From an uncultured Chloroflexia bacterium (GTDB lineage: Bacteria; Chloroflexota; Limnocylindria; Limnocylindrales; CSP1-4): DNA of 64,000 nucleotides. The translations under genes and the position numbers were made by a program. The notes beneath the pieces are model-generated. The model searched no databases and was not told the origin of the DNA. It saw only the letters and a program-made list of their open reading frames with translations. Below, one piece after another: positions 8,349-17,654 of this stretch; the stretch's first letter is position 1; each line of letters starts with the position of its first letter. The DNA lies in assembly GCA_963746865.1 (NCBI GenBank), contig CAVVDB010000005.1:89437-153436 (forward strand). The letters run 5' to 3'.

Positions 8349-10166
8349 CTAGGTCGGCGACGACGGTTCCGCGCTCGGCCGTGGCGTGCGCAAGTCGCGC
8401 AGTTCGGCCTGGCCGACGCCGGCCAGTCGCGGCAGGTCCGCGTCGCCGGTTCGCTGGAGGCGACTCGACATCGTCGAGAGGACGGTCCGCTGGATGTCGG
8501 GGACGGCCATCGTCGCGCGCAGCGCGTCGGCCGTGACCTCGAGCAGCGTCGTGTCCTCGTCGGCCACGACGTCGGCGGTCCGCGTGCTGCCGGTCAGCGC
8601 GCCGATCTCGCCGAAGAAGTCACCCGCCGTCATCGTCGACAGGCCGCGGTACCCGTCGTCGACCGGGATACCGGCCGTCGTCGAGCCGTCGAGGATGAAG
8701 AACGCGGATGTCGACGCATCACCATGCTCCAGGATCCTGGTCCCGGCGGGGACATCACGGATCGTCGCGTCACGAAGGAAGGAGTCCCGCTGCTCCGATG
8801 ACAGCTTGCCGATCACGACCAGACGGCCCGCCAGGCGATCGAAGTCGGCCAGGGTCGCGACGCGCATCGGGCTGTCGGCCAGCACAGGCGCGCTCGCCGC
8901 TCCGCGAAGTCGGGCAGCGGCCGCACCCCAGGTCGAGATCCCGAGTCCGGGCGCCACGAGCGTGAACGCGGCGGACACGAACAGGAGGCACGACGCGAAC
9001 ACGATCAACGACCGGATGTCGATGACGTCGGCCAGGCCGGCGCCCGCCATGCCGATCAGGAAGATGATGTCGCGCATGACGTAGAACGCCGAGAACACCC
9101 GTCCGCGCATCTCGCGCGGCGTGTTGCGTTGCAGGAGGACGGAGCGGGAGACCGACGATGGCGGCTGCGCGAGGCCCGACAGCGACACGAACAGGATGGC
9201 GACCGGGACGGACGTCGCGGTCGCATACAGCACGCCCAGGATCCCCATCGTCACGAGCGAGAAGACGATCCAGGCGGGCTCCGGCAGCAGCCGCGAGAAG
9301 CGCGCCATCAGCAACGAACCGATGACGAATCCGACCGATGTGAGTCCCTCCTGCAGCCCGTACTGGAACTCGGTCGCACCAAGGCCGCCCGGAGGGTCAG
9401 TGACCGAGAACGGCAGCAGGAGCACGTTCCACAGGCCGAAGGCCACGAACATGAACGCGCCGACGATGAACAGCGACCGGATGACCGGCGTGCCGAACAA
9501 CGTGGCCATGCCGGCCTTCAGGTTGGCGACGATGACCCCGACGGACGCGTCGTCATCCGGCGTCGGCATCGGGTACTTGCCCATCAGCGCGATCAGGCCG
9601 GCACACACGAGGAAGGACAGGGCGTCGAGGATGAACGCCCAGGTGAGCCCGACCGTGCTCGCGAGGAGGCCGGCCCCGGCAAAGCCGATCGCCGTCGAGC
9701 CGAACGAGGCGATCGACAGGAACGCGTTGGCGGCGTTCAGCTCCTCATCGGTCGCCATCTCCGGGATGAGCGCCTCGTAGGCGGGATCGAAGAACTGCTT
9801 GACGCCGGCGTTCAGCAGGATGAACGCGTAGAGGCCCACGATCGAATCCAGCTCCACGGCCACCGCGATCAAGGCGACGACCACCGACTGGATGAGGCAC
9901 GTCACGAGCATGATCTTCTTCCGATCGTGACGGTCCACGTACACGCCGGCCAGCAACCCGACGACGAGGCTCGGCACGGCCGTCGCCATCAGGGTCAGGC
10001 CGACCGCCAGCGCCGACCCGGTCTCCCGGTACACCCAGATCCCGGCGGCCAGATCGGTCAGCGACGAACCGGCGGTCGAGATCAGCTGGGCCAGCCAGAT
10101 GAGGCGGAAGTCGCGCTTGCGGAAGACCGCGAACATGGACGGGGCGGCGGCTGTCGCGACGGTCAT
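8349..10166 (-). CDS. MFS transporter fused to a C-terminal cyclic-nucleotide-binding (CAP/PKA-type) domain
   Basis: ORF of 605 aa. About 12 TM helices (FRLIWLAQLISTAGSSL.., DRHDRKKIM). The C-terminal roughly 130 aa read AFFILDGSTT..GDFFGEIGALTGSTRTADVVA, a phosphate-binding-cassette-like FGE..RTA motif. Its stop lies 11 nt before the start of the 4741..8337 gene on the same strand. Confidence 0.85.
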   Translation of the reverse strand: MTVATAAAPSMFAVFRKRDFRLIWLAQLISTAGSSLTDLAAGIWVYRETGSALAVGLTLMATAVPSLVVGLLAGVYVDRHDRKKIMLVTCLIQSVVVALIAVAVELDSIVGLYAFILLNAGVKQFFDPAYEALIPEMATDEELNAANAFLSIASFGSTAIGFAGAGLLASTVGLTWAFILDALSFLVCAGLIALMGKYPMPTPDDDASVGVIVANLKAGMATLFGTPVIRSLFIVGAFMFVAFGLWNVLLLPFSVTDPPGGLGATEFQYGLQEGLTSVGFVIGSLLMARFSRLLPEPAWIVFSLVTMGILGVLYATATSVPVAILFVSLSGLAQPPSSVSRSVLLQRNTPREMRGRVFSAFYVMRDIIFLIGMAGAGLADVIDIRSLIVFASCLLFVSAAFTLVAPGLGISTWGAAAARLRGAASAPVLADSPMRVATLADFDRLAGRLVVIGKLSSEQRDSFLRDATIRDVPAGTRILEHGDASTSAFFILDGSTTAGIPVDDGYRGLSTMTAGDFFGEIGALTGSTRTADVVADEDTTLLEVTADALRATMAVPDIQRTVLSTMSSRLQRTGDADLPRLAGVGQAELRDLRTPRPSAEPSSPT

Positions 10167-10366
10167 CGATCCTCCTCGGGTGCGTCGAACCGCCCCGGCG
10201 CGTGGGCCGAGTCTAGCGGCGGCCCTCGCCCACGGTTACGCCTTCGCGCAGCAGCCGATCGCGCTCGAGGCCAGGTCCGCATCGCGCCCGCACGGCGTAC
10301 GATCGCGCTGATGGACGCAGTCGATCTCCGACCGTCGCGGGCTGACGACCGGTTCTGGAAGTTACC

Positions 10367-11140
10367 GTGAGCACGCCTGAGCGCGAACCATCGGACCCCG
10401 GGTACAGGGTCGCGCCGGGCCCGATCGGGGATCCATCGCGGGGTCGCGGGGCGATCGCCCTGGTTGTAGGGATGCTGTTCATCGCCCTGCTCATGGTCAA
10501 GCCTTGGGACGCGCGGACGAAGGTTCAGCCCGACGTGATCGCTGCCCTGCCTTCCCCGTCGGCCTCCGCCAGCCCGACCACGTCGCCGGCCTTCGTCGTG
10601 GAGGGAGTGGCGCCGGCGCTCCCGGAAACCTGGCCGGTCACGCGTGCGAACGGGGCTGGGGTCCGCGCGGTCGACCGGCGGGATCCATCCATGCAGAGCC
10701 GCCTGGCGTCACGCATAGGGGGGGCGTGGGGGGTTGCGACGCTGGGAAACGGCCCGCGGTTCGTCCGCGACGAGCCGTGGGTCGATTGGGCAGCGGTGCC
10801 GCCGGAGCGCTCCAGTCGGGCTGCGGATCGGATCGCGACCTGGCCGGGTGCGGGCATCTGCGCGGGCTTGCCAGTCGTGTTCGACCGGCCCTCCATCGTC
10901 GCGGTCACGACGCCCGCTGGCGTGGCCGATGATCCGCCGATCGAAGGCTGGTGGTCCGACGGTGGTCGGATCGCGTCGCTCGACGGATCGATCCGCGTGT
11001 TGTCGGCGTTCGCGAGCCCAGGTGTCGCGTACCTGGAACGCATCGACGGGTCGACCTGGCCGGCGGGTCGATACGCGTTCGACGTCGGTAGTGGCGACGC
11101 GATCGTCTCGCTGGTGGTCTGCCTGACGCGAGCCGGGTGA
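10367..11140 (+). CDS. Hypothetical membrane-anchored protein (single N-terminal TM helix)
   Basis: ORF of 257 aa with coding-like codon usage (GC-rich third positions). N-terminal TM helix IALVVGMLFIALLMV, then a Ser/Pro linker. No family recognised. Confidence 0.6.
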   Translation: MSTPEREPSDPGYRVAPGPIGDPSRGRGAIALVVGMLFIALLMVKPWDARTKVQPDVIAALPSPSASASPTTSPAFVVEGVAPALPETWPVTRANGAGVRAVDRRDPSMQSRLASRIGGAWGVATLGNGPRFVRDEPWVDWAAVPPERSSRAADRIATWPGAGICAGLPVVFDRPSIVAVTTPAGVADDPPIEGWWSDGGRIASLDGSIRVLSAFASPGVAYLERIDGSTWPAGRYAFDVGSGDAIVSLVVCLTRAG

Positions 11141-11165
11141 CCACACCCGCGGGTACCCTCTCGCG

Positions 11166-12125
11166 ATGCACCCCACGACCGACCCGGCCGAAGGGCGCCT
11201 CGGGATGGCGGCGGCGATCGGCGCCGCGATCATCTACGGGGCGGCCTATCCCGCCACGGCGGTCGCCCTTCGCTCGTTCTCGCCGCTGGCGGTGGCCGGC
11301 CTGTCTTGCTCGCTCGCGCTGCTGATCATGGTCGGGCTGGTCGCCACCGGGTTCCTGCCGAGGATGTCGCCCGCGACGATGGACGGCCCGCGCCTCGCCA
11401 GGCTCACCCTCCTTTCTTTGCTCGGTGGGCTGCTGTTCATCGTCGGGGTCAACGTCGCCGTTTCTATCAGTGGGCCGACCATCACCGGCTTCGTGGCGCC
11501 GCTGTACGCGGTCCTCGCTACGGTCTTCGCGGTGCCGCTCCTCGGGGAGCGGATCCGTGCGTCGACGGTCGCCGCGTTCGCGCTCGCGTTCGCCGGGACC
11601 GCCTGCCTCGCCGGGACCGTCCCGACCGGCGTCCCGGCGGGTGGCGTCCTCCTCGCGCTGGCCTCGGCTGCGTCGTTCGGCCTGTACGTCGTGCTCGCTC
11701 GCCGATGGAGCCGGCGGTACCAGCTCGACGGCACCCTCATCACCATCGGCAATCTCATCGGACGGGGCCCGGTCCTGTTGGTCGCGGCCTTCGTGCTGAG
11801 CCCCGATCCCGTCATCCCCGCCAGCCCGGATCCGTGGGCCGTCGTCGCCCTGCTGACGATCGTCTTCGGGTCGAGCACGTCCGGGAACCTGCTGCTGATG
11901 GCGTCGGTCCGTCGGGTCCCGGCCGGGCGGGCATCGGCGGCCCTGCTCCTGACCCCGGTGGCGTCGGCAGTCATCGCGGCGGTGGTGCTGGGTGATCGGC
12001 TGTCGCCACTCGGGGTCGTCGGGGCCGCCCTCATCCTCGCCGGCATGGCGGTCGCGAGCGGCTTGTTCGGTCGACGACGAGCGACCGGTTCTGGCGCCCC
12101 TACTAGCGAGTCCTTGCCTCGCTGA
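11166..12125 (+). CDS. EamA/DMT-family transporter
   Basis: ORF of 319 aa with 10 predicted TM helices in two similar halves. Typical EamA features (AAIIYGAAYPATAVAL.., LGERL-type loops). Confidence 0.8.
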   Translation: MHPTTDPAEGRLGMAAAIGAAIIYGAAYPATAVALRSFSPLAVAGLSCSLALLIMVGLVATGFLPRMSPATMDGPRLARLTLLSLLGGLLFIVGVNVAVSISGPTITGFVAPLYAVLATVFAVPLLGERIRASTVAAFALAFAGTACLAGTVPTGVPAGGVLLALASAASFGLYVVLARRWSRRYQLDGTLITIGNLIGRGPVLLVAAFVLSPDPVIPASPDPWAVVALLTIVFGSSTSGNLLLMASVRRVPAGRASAALLLTPVASAVIAAVVLGDRLSPLGVVGAALILAGMAVASGLFGRRRATGSGAPTSESLPR

Positions 12126-12513
12126 TCTCGAGGAGGTGCCCGTCGGGATCGCGGAGGAAGGCGCGGATCTCCCAGTCGGATTCGACCGGCGGGGTCAGGA
12201 AGACCGCGCCTCGCTCAGTGAGTGTCGCATGGGCCGCCCGGCAATCCGGGACGCGGATCGTCATCGAGTGGCTGACCGTATCCGGGTCGGCGGGCTCGGC
12301 GAAGGTCACCGTCGGCTTGTCCGCGGTCGGTCCCCCGCCCGTGACGAGCAGGAGCCAGGTCCCGAACGCGCGAAGCACGCACGAGGTCCCGCCGTATTCG
12401 CGGTAGACCTCGGCGCCCAGCACGTCGCGGTAGAAGGTCCTCGCGCGGTCGATCTCCGCGACGACGAGGATGTGGGTGAGTTCCATCCCCTCGACGGGGA
12501 ACGATGTGCTCAT
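12103..12513 (-). CDS. VOC/glyoxalase-family protein
   Basis: Only the C-terminal 136 aa of track ORF 12103..13023 look real: MSTSFPVEGMELTHILVVAEIDRARTFYRDVLGAEV..IRAFLRDPDGHLLEI. There is an ATG at 12513. The upstream part of that ORF is Arg/Thr nonsense that overlaps the next gene. Confidence 0.75.
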   Translation of the reverse strand: MSTSFPVEGMELTHILVVAEIDRARTFYRDVLGAEVYREYGGTSCVLRAFGTWLLLVTGGGPTADKPTVTFAEPADPDTVSHSMTIRVPDCRAAHATLTERGAVFLTPPVESDWEIRAFLRDPDGHLLEISEARTR

Positions 12514-12685
12514 CGCGTCCGAGGGTACAGCGCGACCCGCCATTCGGATATGCGGCTCACTCATGAAATGCGCCTCGAACACGCTCGGCGGTACGCCGAT
12601 CCCGACAGAAGTCGGGGGTGGCCACGCTCGTTCGAGGCGATCCTGATGCCTGAGCCGCATACCGGGCGGTCGGACGAGGTTGGGC

Positions 12686-13201
12686 CTAGGTCGTGGCGCC
12701 CCAGCGTCGGACTTCGGCGTCGATGTCGAGCGGCAGGATCGCGCCGTGGTCCTCGTAGTCGCCCCACGCGTCGCGCGGGACTCGCCACATGATCTCAAAC
12801 TCGTTCCCGTCGGGGTCCGAGCCGTAGAGCGACTTCGAGACGCCGTGGTCGGAGGCGCCACCCAGGGCGCCCGCCTCGGACAGGACTCGGGCCGCATCCG
12901 CGAGATCCTCGATGGTCGGCACTTCCCACGCCAGGTGGTAGAGCCCGACCGAACCGCGGGGCGCCCGGGGCGCCTGTTCCCCGACCGAGAACAGGCCCAG
13001 GTCGTGGTGGTTGTCGCCACCACCGGCCCGCATGAAGACCGCCTTGCCGCCGAACTCGTTGGCCACGACCTCGAACCCGAAGACGCGGCCGTAGAACTCG
13101 GCGGCGCGACCGGCGTCGCGGACGAACAGGACGGCGTGGTTGAGACGTGCGACCGGGATGCTCACGGCGACAGTGTCCGCCATCGACGAACCGCTCGTCA
13201 C
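12686..13201 (-). CDS. VOC/glyoxalase/extradiol-dioxygenase-family protein
   Basis: ORF of 171 aa: LNHAVLFVRDAGRAAEFYGRVFGFEV..LYHLAWEV..YGSDPDGNEFEI. Its GTG start overlaps the upstream stop (GTGA at 13198-13201). Confidence 0.85.
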   Translation of the reverse strand: MTSGSSMADTVAVSIPVARLNHAVLFVRDAGRAAEFYGRVFGFEVVANEFGGKAVFMRAGGGDNHHDLGLFSVGEQAPRAPRGSVGLYHLAWEVPTIEDLADAARVLSEAGALGGASDHGVSKSLYGSDPDGNEFEIMWRVPRDAWGDYEDHGAILPLDIDAEVRRWGATT

Positions 13202-13848
13202 GCCGCGGCCTTGACCGTGGCGGGAGCGCCGACCAGCTTCCAGCCGGACTGCCAGCTGCCGTTGTTGGCGATGTTCACGGTGATGTTGAGGAAGGCGAGA
13301 CCCTCGAGCTGGCGTGCCCGGGCAAGGGGCCCGACGTCGACCGGCTCGAGACCGATCGAGGCGACGAGCGCCAGGACGGTCGCCTTTGCCTCCGCGTCGT
13401 CGCCGGCCACGAAGCCATCGAGCTGGACGCCATCGGTGATCGGATCACCCTGGTTGGAAGCGAACAGGGTGTTGAAGGCCTTGACGACCGTTGCCGCGGG
13501 CAGCAGCGCTGCGAGTTCCTCGGCGTTGGAGGTCGAGCCATCGATCTCGGGGCCGTTGGCACCGAACGACATCCGGTTGCTGACATCGATGACGATCTTG
13601 CCCGTCACGGCATCGGCGATCTCCGCGGCGATCTCAGGCGCGCTGGTAAAGGGTGCGGCGAGGACGACGATCTCCCCGGCCGCGGCGGCCTCGGCATTGC
13701 TGCCGGCGACGCGGGCGCGGGTCGCGACGGCCACGCTTCCGGCGTCCTCCGGGTCACGCGAGGCGATCACGACCGAGTGGCCGGCACGGGTGAACGACGT
13801 GGCGAGGGCGCGGCCGACGTTGCCGGCACCGATGATGGCGATGTTCAT
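13198..13848 (-). CDS. NAD(P)-binding oxidoreductase, NADPH-dependent F420 reductase-like
   Basis: MNIAIIGAGNVGRALATSFTRAGHSVVIASR (Rossmann GxGxxG). ATG at 13848, preceded by GGAGG with a spacer of about 9 nt. The 14-aa extension in the track lacks a ribosome-binding site. Confidence 0.8.
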   Translation of the reverse strand: MNIAIIGAGNVGRALATSFTRAGHSVVIASRDPEDAGSVAVATRARVAGSNAEAAAAGEIVVLAAPFTSAPEIAAEIADAVTGKIVIDVSNRMSFGANGPEIDGSTSNAEELAALLPAATVVKAFNTLFASNQGDPITDGVQLDGFVAGDDAEAKATVLALVASIGLEPVDVGPLARARQLEGLAFLNITVNIANNGSWQSGWKLVGAPATVKAAA

Positions 13849-13898
13849 GGATCCGATCCTCCGATGGGTTGACGAGTTGGCTCTCATCAATCAGACTT

Positions 13899-13914
13899 TG
13901 TTGTGGATACAACA
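13899..13914. promoter_or_regulatory. Perfect inverted repeat TGTTGT-N4-ACAACA in the divergent intergenic region; candidate operator for the adjacent XRE-cupin regulator
   Basis: Read directly from the sequence: tgttgtggatacaaca. It lies in the locally AT-richer 113-bp gap between divergent starts at 13848 (-) and 13962 (+). Confidence 0.4.
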
Positions 13915-13961
13915 TACGACCGATGGTGGCCCTTGTCAATATCTGTTTTGGGAGAACAAAC

Positions 13962-14519
13962 ATGGCGGTAGATGAGCGGCGACGGCCGGACGTCGGCGCC
14001 CAGGTCAAGCGCTGGCGCACGGAGCGCGGCATGACCCTCGCCAACGTCGCCGAGCGCACCGACCTCAACGTCGGCTACCTGTCCCAGATCGAGAACGACA
14101 AGGCGTCCCCGTCGCTGACCTGCCTATCCGCCATCGCCGACGCGCTGGACGTGCCGATCGCCTGGTTCTTCATGGGCGAGGTCCCGGCCCCGGTCATCGT
14201 TCGGGCGAACGAGCGCCCGGTCACGGACACCGATCTCGGGCGCGTCGAGCACGTCGACGGGCGCGCGTCGCGGGACGTCCAGATCATCGAGGTGACGGCC
14301 GCTGGGACCGGTGATCGGATGGACCCCCACAGTCACCCGGGCGATGAACATCACATCGTCCTGCGCGGGCGATTCCGGCTCCGGCAGGGCGATCACGTCG
14401 TCGAGATCGGGCCGGGCGACTACCTCCGCTGGGACGGCTCGATCCCGCATGACGGGGAGGTCATCGAGGCCGCCGACGGAGCAGCGATGCTCATCATCAG
14501 GATCCGTCCCAGGGACTGA
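13962..14519 (+). CDS. XRE-family HTH transcriptional regulator with a C-terminal cupin domain
   Basis: MAVDERRRPDVGAQVKRWRTERGMTLANVAERTDLNVGYLSQIENDKASPSLTCLSAIADAL (HTH_3), followed by a cupin domain (HSHPGDEHHIVLRG..GDYLRWDGSIPH). ATG at 13962 after GGGAGAA. Confidence 0.85.
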   Translation: MAVDERRRPDVGAQVKRWRTERGMTLANVAERTDLNVGYLSQIENDKASPSLTCLSAIADALDVPIAWFFMGEVPAPVIVRANERPVTDTDLGRVEHVDGRASRDVQIIEVTAAGTGDRMDPHSHPGDEHHIVLRGRFRLRQGDHVVEIGPGDYLRWDGSIPHDGEVIEAADGAAMLIIRIRPRD

Positions 14520-14650
14520 TCCCGATTCGCAACCCGCGATCCGCCACAACCGAAGCCGCGCAGGCGGTATCCTGTCCGCCGACCCCACGTTGGCCCGGCG
14601 GATGTCCCCCGCTCGCGCCCTGAATCGACCCCCAACGCAAGGTGGTGCCC

Positions 14651-15814
14651 ATGAAGGTCGGTGTCGCCAAGGAGACCGCGCCCGGAGAGCGGCGCGTCGC
14701 CCTGGTACCCGAGGTGCTCGGCAAGCTGCAGGCGGCCGGGCTCGACATCCTCGTCGAGCGCGGCGCCGGCGCCGGTTCGGCGATCCCCGATAGCGCGTAC
14801 CAGGAAGCCGGCGCGACGATCGTCTCGACCGACGAGCTGTACGCCGGCGCTGAGGCGATCCTCCGGGTCGCGAAGCCGTCCGAGACGGAGGTCGGCAGGC
14901 TGCGGCGCGGCCAGGCGCTCCTCGGGCTGCTCGCCCCGCTGATCGATCCGAAGACGGCCAAGGCGCTCGCCGACCAGGGCGTGACCGCGATCAGCCTCGA
15001 TGCCATCCCGCGCACCCTGTCGCGCGCGCAGACGATGGACGCGCTGTCGTCGCAGGCGAATGTGGGCGGCTACAAGGCGGTCCTCATCGCGGCCAACGCC
15101 TACGGCCGTTACTTCCCGCTGCTGACGACCGCCGCCGGGACCGCCAAGCCGGCCAACGTGCTGATCCTGGGGATCGGCGTGGCCGGGCTCCAGGCGATCG
15201 GCACGGCCCGTCGCCTGGGCGCCGTGGTCAAGGCCTACGACGTCCGGCCGGAAACCCGTGAGCAGGCGGAGAGCCTCGGCGCCCAGTTCGTCAAGCTCAA
15301 GACGACGATCGATGCGACCGGTGCCGGCGGCTACGCCCGCGAGCTGACCCCCGAGGAGCGGGCGGCCCAGCAGGCCGAGCTCAACGAGGTCATCGGCGGG
15401 ATGGACATCGTGATCACCACGGCGCAGGTCCCCGGACGCAAGCCGCCGGTCCTGGTCACCGCCGAGGCGGTCGGCAAGATGAAGTCGGGTTCGGTCATCG
15501 TGGACATGGCGGCGTCGGCGCTCGGGGGCAACTGCGAACTCAGCGTGGCCGGCCAGACGACCGAGACGCCGAACGGCGTGTCGATCATCGCGCCTGACAA
15601 CCTGCCGGCCTCGATGCCGGCCGGCGCCTCGGCGTTCTATGCCCGCAACATCTCGGCGCTCCTGCTGGGGATGGTCAAGGACGGCGCACTCACCCTCGAC
15701 TTCGAGGACGAAGTCACCAAGTCGACGGTCATCAGCCACGACGGGGCGATCCTGTCCGAGCCCGTCAAGAAGCTGCTCGAGCCGGCCGCGCCGGCCGCTG
15801 GAGGTCCCGCGTGA
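14651..15814 (+). CDS. pntAA: NAD(P) transhydrogenase subunit alpha, part 1
   Basis: MKVGVAKETAPGERRVALVPE.., Rossmann motif VLILGIGVAGLQAIGTARRLGA. The track ORF starts 9 nt earlier at a GTG. Followed by pntAB and pntB. Confidence 0.9.
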   Translation: MKVGVAKETAPGERRVALVPEVLGKLQAAGLDILVERGAGAGSAIPDSAYQEAGATIVSTDELYAGAEAILRVAKPSETEVGRLRRGQALLGLLAPLIDPKTAKALADQGVTAISLDAIPRTLSRAQTMDALSSQANVGGYKAVLIAANAYGRYFPLLTTAAGTAKPANVLILGIGVAGLQAIGTARRLGAVVKAYDVRPETREQAESLGAQFVKLKTTIDATGAGGYARELTPEERAAQQAELNEVIGGMDIVITTAQVPGRKPPVLVTAEAVGKMKSGSVIVDMAASALGGNCELSVAGQTTETPNGVSIIAPDNLPASMPAGASAFYARNISALLLGMVKDGALTLDFEDEVTKSTVISHDGAILSEPVKKLLEPAAPAAGGPA

Positions 15815-16143
15815 GCGACCAACTCCTCAGCTCGCTGGCCATCTTCACGCTGGCGATCCTCGTCGGCTTCGAGGTCATCAGCAAGGTCCCCGCGACCCTC
15901 CATACGCCGCTGATGTCGGGGGCCAACTCGATCCATGGGATCGTCCTGGTCGGCGCGATGATCATCGCCTCGGAAGCGGACAACCCGATCAGCTATGCGC
16001 TCGCCTTCGTGGCGATGGTGTTCGGGGCGATGAACGTGGTCGGCGGCTACGTCGTCACCGACCGGATGCTCCAGATGTTCCGCAAGAAGCCGACGGCCCC
16101 CAAGGCCGGGACCGAGGGCGCGACGGACGCCCCCGGCGCCTAG
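15811..16143 (+). CDS. pntAB: NAD(P) transhydrogenase subunit alpha, part 2 (membrane)
   Basis: 110 aa with 3 TM helices: FTLAILVGFEVISKVP..LHTPLMSGANSIHGIVLVGA. GTGA overlap with pntAA. Confidence 0.9.
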   Translation: MSDQLLSSLAIFTLAILVGFEVISKVPATLHTPLMSGANSIHGIVLVGAMIIASEADNPISYALAFVAMVFGAMNVVGGYVVTDRMLQMFRKKPTAPKAGTEGATDAPGA

Positions 16144-16158
16144 CCGAGGAGCCGATCG

Positions 16159-17595
16159 ATGTCGCAGCAGTGGATCTACACCTTCGTCTACCTCGCCTGG
16201 CTGGCGGGCGCCTCCTGCTTCGTGCTGGGTCTCCATCGGATGAACTCGCCGGCCACCGGCCGAAGCGGCAACCAGTTGAGTGCCGCGGGGATGACCGTCG
16301 CGGTCGTCGCGACGCTCGTCTACCTGGTCACCCGTGAAGGCGGCCTGAGCGGGATCGCCCTCGGGATCATCATCGTCGGCTTCGCCATCGGCGGCGGCGC
16401 CGGCCTGTACACCGCGCGCACCGTGAAGATGACCGCGATGCCGCAGTTGGTGTCGCTGTTCAACGCGGTCGGTGGTGGAGCGGCCGCGCTGGTCGCGATC
16501 GACGACTTCATCCGGCTCGGATCCGGCGCCTCGATCGACACCACGATCTTCGTCGTCCTGGGCGCGCTCATCGGCTCGGTGACGTTCACCGGGTCGCTCA
16601 TCGCCGGCGGCAAGCTTCAGGGCCTCATCCCCGGCAAGCCGATCTATGTCCCGGGCGGCCAGCTCGTGACGATCGCACTGGCCGTCGTGGCGGTCCTCGG
16701 CACGGTGGCGCTCATCCTGGGCGCGGCCGGCGCGATCGCGCTCGGCGACACCGCCGCCCTTGGGCTCCTCGCCGTCGTCGTCCTGGCCGGGCTGATCTTC
16801 GGGATCACCATGGTCCTGCCGATCGGTGGCGCGGACATGCCGGTCGTCATCAGCCTGCTCAACTCGTTCACCGGCACGGCCGCGGCGATGGCCGGCTTCG
16901 TGCTCGGCAACCCGGTCCTGATCATCTCCGGTGCCCTCGTCGGAGCGTCGGGCGCGATCCTGACCAAGTTGATGGCCGACGCGATGAACCGGTCGGTGAT
17001 GAACATCATGGTCGGGGGCTTCGGTGGCGGCGACGAGGCGGCCGGCGCGGTTGCGGGGGCCGGCGGCTCGGTCCGCGAGATCGGCGCCGACGACGTCGCG
17101 ATCCAGCTCGCCTATGCCAGCTCGGTCATCGTCGTCCCCGGCTATGGGCTGGCGGTCGCCCAGGCGCAGCACGCGGTCCGCGAACTGGCCGAGCTCCTGG
17201 AGTCGCGCGGCGTCGACGTCAAGTACGCCATCCATCCGGTGGCCGGCCGGATGCCGGGGCACATGAACGTCCTCCTCGCCGAGGCGAACGTGCCCTATCC
17301 GCAGCTCAAGGAGATGGACGAGATCAACCCCGAATTCGACCGCTGTGATGTCGCCCTCGTCATCGGCGCCAACGACGTGACCAATCCCGCCGCCCGCCGA
17401 CCCGGGTCGCCGGTGTCGGGGATGCCGATCCTCGACGTCGACCACGCCAAGTCGATCGTCGTCATCAAGCGATCCATGGGGCGCGGTTACGCGGGCATCG
17501 ACAACGAGCTCTACACCGACCCCAAGACTGGGATGCTCTTCGCCGACGCCAAGGATGGCCTCGCGATGCTGACGGCGGCGGTCAAGGCGCTCTAG
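16159..17595 (+). CDS. pntB: NAD(P) transhydrogenase subunit beta
   Basis: 478 aa. Membrane N-terminal half plus a C-terminal NADP(H) domain: VVPGYGLAVAQAQH..HPVAGRMPGHMNVLLAEA..GANDVTNPAA. Confidence 0.95.
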   Translation: MSQQWIYTFVYLAWLAGASCFVLGLHRMNSPATGRSGNQLSAAGMTVAVVATLVYLVTREGGLSGIALGIIIVGFAIGGGAGLYTARTVKMTAMPQLVSLFNAVGGGAAALVAIDDFIRLGSGASIDTTIFVVLGALIGSVTFTGSLIAGGKLQGLIPGKPIYVPGGQLVTIALAVVAVLGTVALILGAAGAIALGDTAALGLLAVVVLAGLIFGITMVLPIGGADMPVVISLLNSFTGTAAAMAGFVLGNPVLIISGALVGASGAILTKLMADAMNRSVMNIMVGGFGGGDEAAGAVAGAGGSVREIGADDVAIQLAYASSVIVVPGYGLAVAQAQHAVRELAELLESRGVDVKYAIHPVAGRMPGHMNVLLAEANVPYPQLKEMDEINPEFDRCDVALVIGANDVTNPAARRPGSPVSGMPILDVDHAKSIVVIKRSMGRGYAGIDNELYTDPKTGMLFADAKDGLAMLTAAVKAL

Positions 17596-17654
17596 CGGTC
17601 CCGGACCGGGCGCGCCAAGCGTCCCGGGGTCGACACCCGCCGTACGATGGAGCC

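Noticed and set aside
12514-13023. N-terminal 170 codons of track ORF 12103..13023, and the 13849..13890 extension of ORF 13198..13890
   Set aside because: The sequence is nonsense that overlaps the neighbouring VOC gene. The internal ATGs at 12513 and 13848 give complete domains, and the 13848 ATG has a GGAGG ribosome-binding site.
17596-17654. The palindromic sequence CGGTCCCGGACCG after pntB, considered as an intrinsic terminator
   Set aside because: The stem has an essentially zero-length loop and no U-tract, so it is not convincing as a terminator.
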